64,000 nt of DNA from Minisyncoccota bacterium (GTDB lineage Bacteria > Patescibacteriota > Minisyncoccia > Phycocordibacterales > Phycocordibacteraceae), in contig JAYOEC010000001.1 in NCBI GenBank assembly GCA_038106525.1, positions 24,876-88,875 on the forward strand, written 5' to 3'. This document shows positions 62,487 to 64,000 of the stretch, in pieces; position 1 is the stretch's first letter; each line of letters opens with the position of its first letter. The notes below the pieces were generated by a model. The model ran no database searches and had not been told where the DNA came from. It saw only the letters and a list, made by a program, of their open reading frames with translations. The position numbers and the translations under genes were made by a program.

Positions 62487-63104
62487 ATGTCAATGGGTTC
62501 CCGTTCAATTGTATATGCCCCGATTACTAGAGGCGGCTTTGAATACATACTCAGCCAATACCCCAATGTTCCGAGGGAGCAAGCGGAGGTACTGTATTCA
62601 ATACTCACCGATCGGCTAACGACCGAGACGCTCCTCTTTGCTGCACTGATCGACCTCATCGATCGCTACCGGAAGAACGGAAGTGCTTCGTTCAAACTTT
62701 CAGCAATTCGCAAAGACAAAAAAGGTAAAGTGCAGACCTACGCGATGGAGCTACTTCATGATGTCATCGTTGAACTTCAAATGGCAGGAAGGGCTATGAA
62801 AAAAATTCAGACGGAACTTGGAAAAAACGGAACCATGCTCGCCTTTATGCACTCATGCGAGTCAGCGATTGTTGATACCCAACAAGTAGATTCGTGGCTT
62901 GAATCAAAGTCAGAAGAAGAGGCATTGAGAACCAGGCTTGACTGGGAGGGGACTTTTGAAAAGGGAGTCCCGGAAGCATACGCGCTTGAATACGCCGAGT
63001 ACTCCGAGGCCGATGCTGCGGATGCAGACCGATGCTATCGTATCGCACTTCATGCCGTCGAGCTTACAGGCCTTACAGCACACGAGCTCACGCCTCAGCG
63101 GTAG
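62487..63104 (+). CDS. Hypothetical protein co-transcribed with the CooC-like ATPase
   Basis: 205 aa, no recognisable motif, acidic C-terminal segment EYAEYSEADAADAD. 13-nt gap from the upstream gene and 15-nt gap to the ZIP gene. Confidence 0.5.
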   Translation: MSMGSRSIVYAPITRGGFEYILSQYPNVPREQAEVLYSILTDRLTTETLLFAALIDLIDRYRKNGSASFKLSAIRKDKKGKVQTYAMELLHDVIVELQMAGRAMKKIQTELGKNGTMLAFMHSCESAIVDTQQVDSWLESKSEEEALRTRLDWEGTFEKGVPEAYALEYAEYSEADAADADRCYRIALHAVELTGLTAHELTPQR

Positions 63105-63119
63105 TGTGATCATTGCCGG

Positions 63120-63893
63120 ATGGAATACTGGACAATGCCGCTGCTCGCAGTTTTTGCAGTATCGCTCGTGTCGCTGGTCGGCATCGCGGCCTTTTCGCTC
63201 CGCGAGGCGTGGCTCCGAAGCATGATTCCCGTGCTGGTCGGGCTTGCTGTGGGCGCGCTTCTTGGTGACGCATTCATCCACCTCATCCCCGAGTCGCTGG
63301 AGTATATCGGAGACGAGCTTGCGTTCGGAGTGACAGTACTCGCAGGTATCGGAACATTCTTTGTTCTTGAAAAGTACCTGCGCTGGCATCATGCGCACCA
63401 TGCACATGAGATTGAGCATGAGGGTCACACCTGTGAGAACCACGCACCTCGGCACCTTGCACCTCTCGTGCTAGTCTCGGACGCAGTCCATAATCTGGTA
63501 GATGGCGCGGTGATCGCTGGTGCGTTTCTCGTTTCTCCATCGCTTGGAATTGCAACCACCGTAGCGGTATTTCTTCATGAGATCCCGCAAGAAATCGCCG
63601 ATTATGGGCTCCTGCTCCACGCAGGCATGGGGCGCGGACGGGCGTTATTTTATAATTTTCTTTCGGGACTCACTGCCCTCGTTGGTGCACTGTTCGTTCT
63701 TGCGGCAGGAAGCGAGTTTCCTCAGCTTGGAGGATACGCGGCCGCATTCACTGCCGGAGCGTTCATATACATTGCGGCGGCGGACTTAGTTCCTGAACTT
63801 CAAAGGGCCCGCGGAGGAAAGGCTGCGCTCGCGCAGTCAGCAGCGATACTTTTCGGCGTTCTCAGCATGGTTCTACTGGCGCTGTCTGAATAG
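63120..63893 (+). CDS. zupT: ZIP-family divalent metal (Zn) transporter, ZupT-like
   Basis: 8 TM; His-rich loop HHAHHAHEIEHEGHTCENH; conserved TM4-5 LHEIPQEIADYGLLLHAGMG. Confidence 0.8.
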   Translation: MEYWTMPLLAVFAVSLVSLVGIAAFSLREAWLRSMIPVLVGLAVGALLGDAFIHLIPESLEYIGDELAFGVTVLAGIGTFFVLEKYLRWHHAHHAHEIEHEGHTCENHAPRHLAPLVLVSDAVHNLVDGAVIAGAFLVSPSLGIATTVAVFLHEIPQEIADYGLLLHAGMGRGRALFYNFLSGLTALVGALFVLAAGSEFPQLGGYAAAFTAGAFIYIAAADLVPELQRARGGKAALAQSAAILFGVLSMVLLALSE

Positions 63894-64000
63894 CTGAACA
63901 GGCCAGTAGATTAAAAGCGGGGTGAGCCAGGTGACACTATCCAACACTGACTTGAAGACCACCTCGTGAAGCCGCATCGGCTGATCAACAAACTCTATAA

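Noticed and set aside
63873-64000. Possible minus-strand partial ORF entering from beyond the window end (...IEFVDQPMRLHEVVFKSVLDSVTWLTPLLIYWPVQLFRQRQ*)
   Set aside because: Only about 40 codons are visible, it overlaps the zupT 3' end, and it has no recognisable motif. Too little evidence to call.

Overview
This 64-kb window has about 55% GC and is dense in housekeeping genes. It carries a 16S rRNA gene with two downstream tRNAs, and roughly 10 kb away a separate 23S-5S unit, all on the minus strand. It encodes about 65 protein-coding genes.

The 16S rRNA has an altered anti-Shine-Dalgarno tail and a compensated change in the 530 loop at the 515F primer site. Gene content adds further hints: lamin-tail-domain surface proteins, archaeal-type UMP kinase, and rplK not followed by rplA. 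Together these point to a Candidate Phyla Radiation / Patescibacteria-like bacterium (inference).

Identified functions:
- Translation and information processing: aminoacyl-tRNA synthetases (Ile, Met, Gly, Arg), ribosomal proteins (L7/L12, L10, L11, S6, S18), SSB, EF-P, NusG, SecE, SecDF, RecA, RecO, FtsK, an ECF-type sigma factor.
- Thymidylate/folate module: glyA-thyA-dcd plus folA and folD.
- Cell envelope and polysaccharide: several GT4 glycosyltransferases, a WbaP-like sugar transferase, an NAD-dependent epimerase, a SEDS-family RodA/FtsW, an Mpl-type Mur ligase, and a 1157-aa secreted surface protein.
- Fur/Zur-family regulator divergent from a CooC-like ATPase / unknown protein / ZIP transporter operon.

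No CRISPR array, transposase or integrase was seen. The most unusual signals are:
- a histidine-phosphatase domain inserted inside IleRS;
- the Zur-linked CooC-like ATPase module;
- a degenerate-P-loop HerA/FtsK-like NTPase in an envelope locus;
- Mpl translationally coupled to an ATE/Bpt-family aminoacyl-tRNA transferase;
- unlinked rRNA genes with a non-canonical anti-SD.

Coordinates are read from the printed sequence and may be off by 1-3 nt. Several starts were moved inward from the ORF track.
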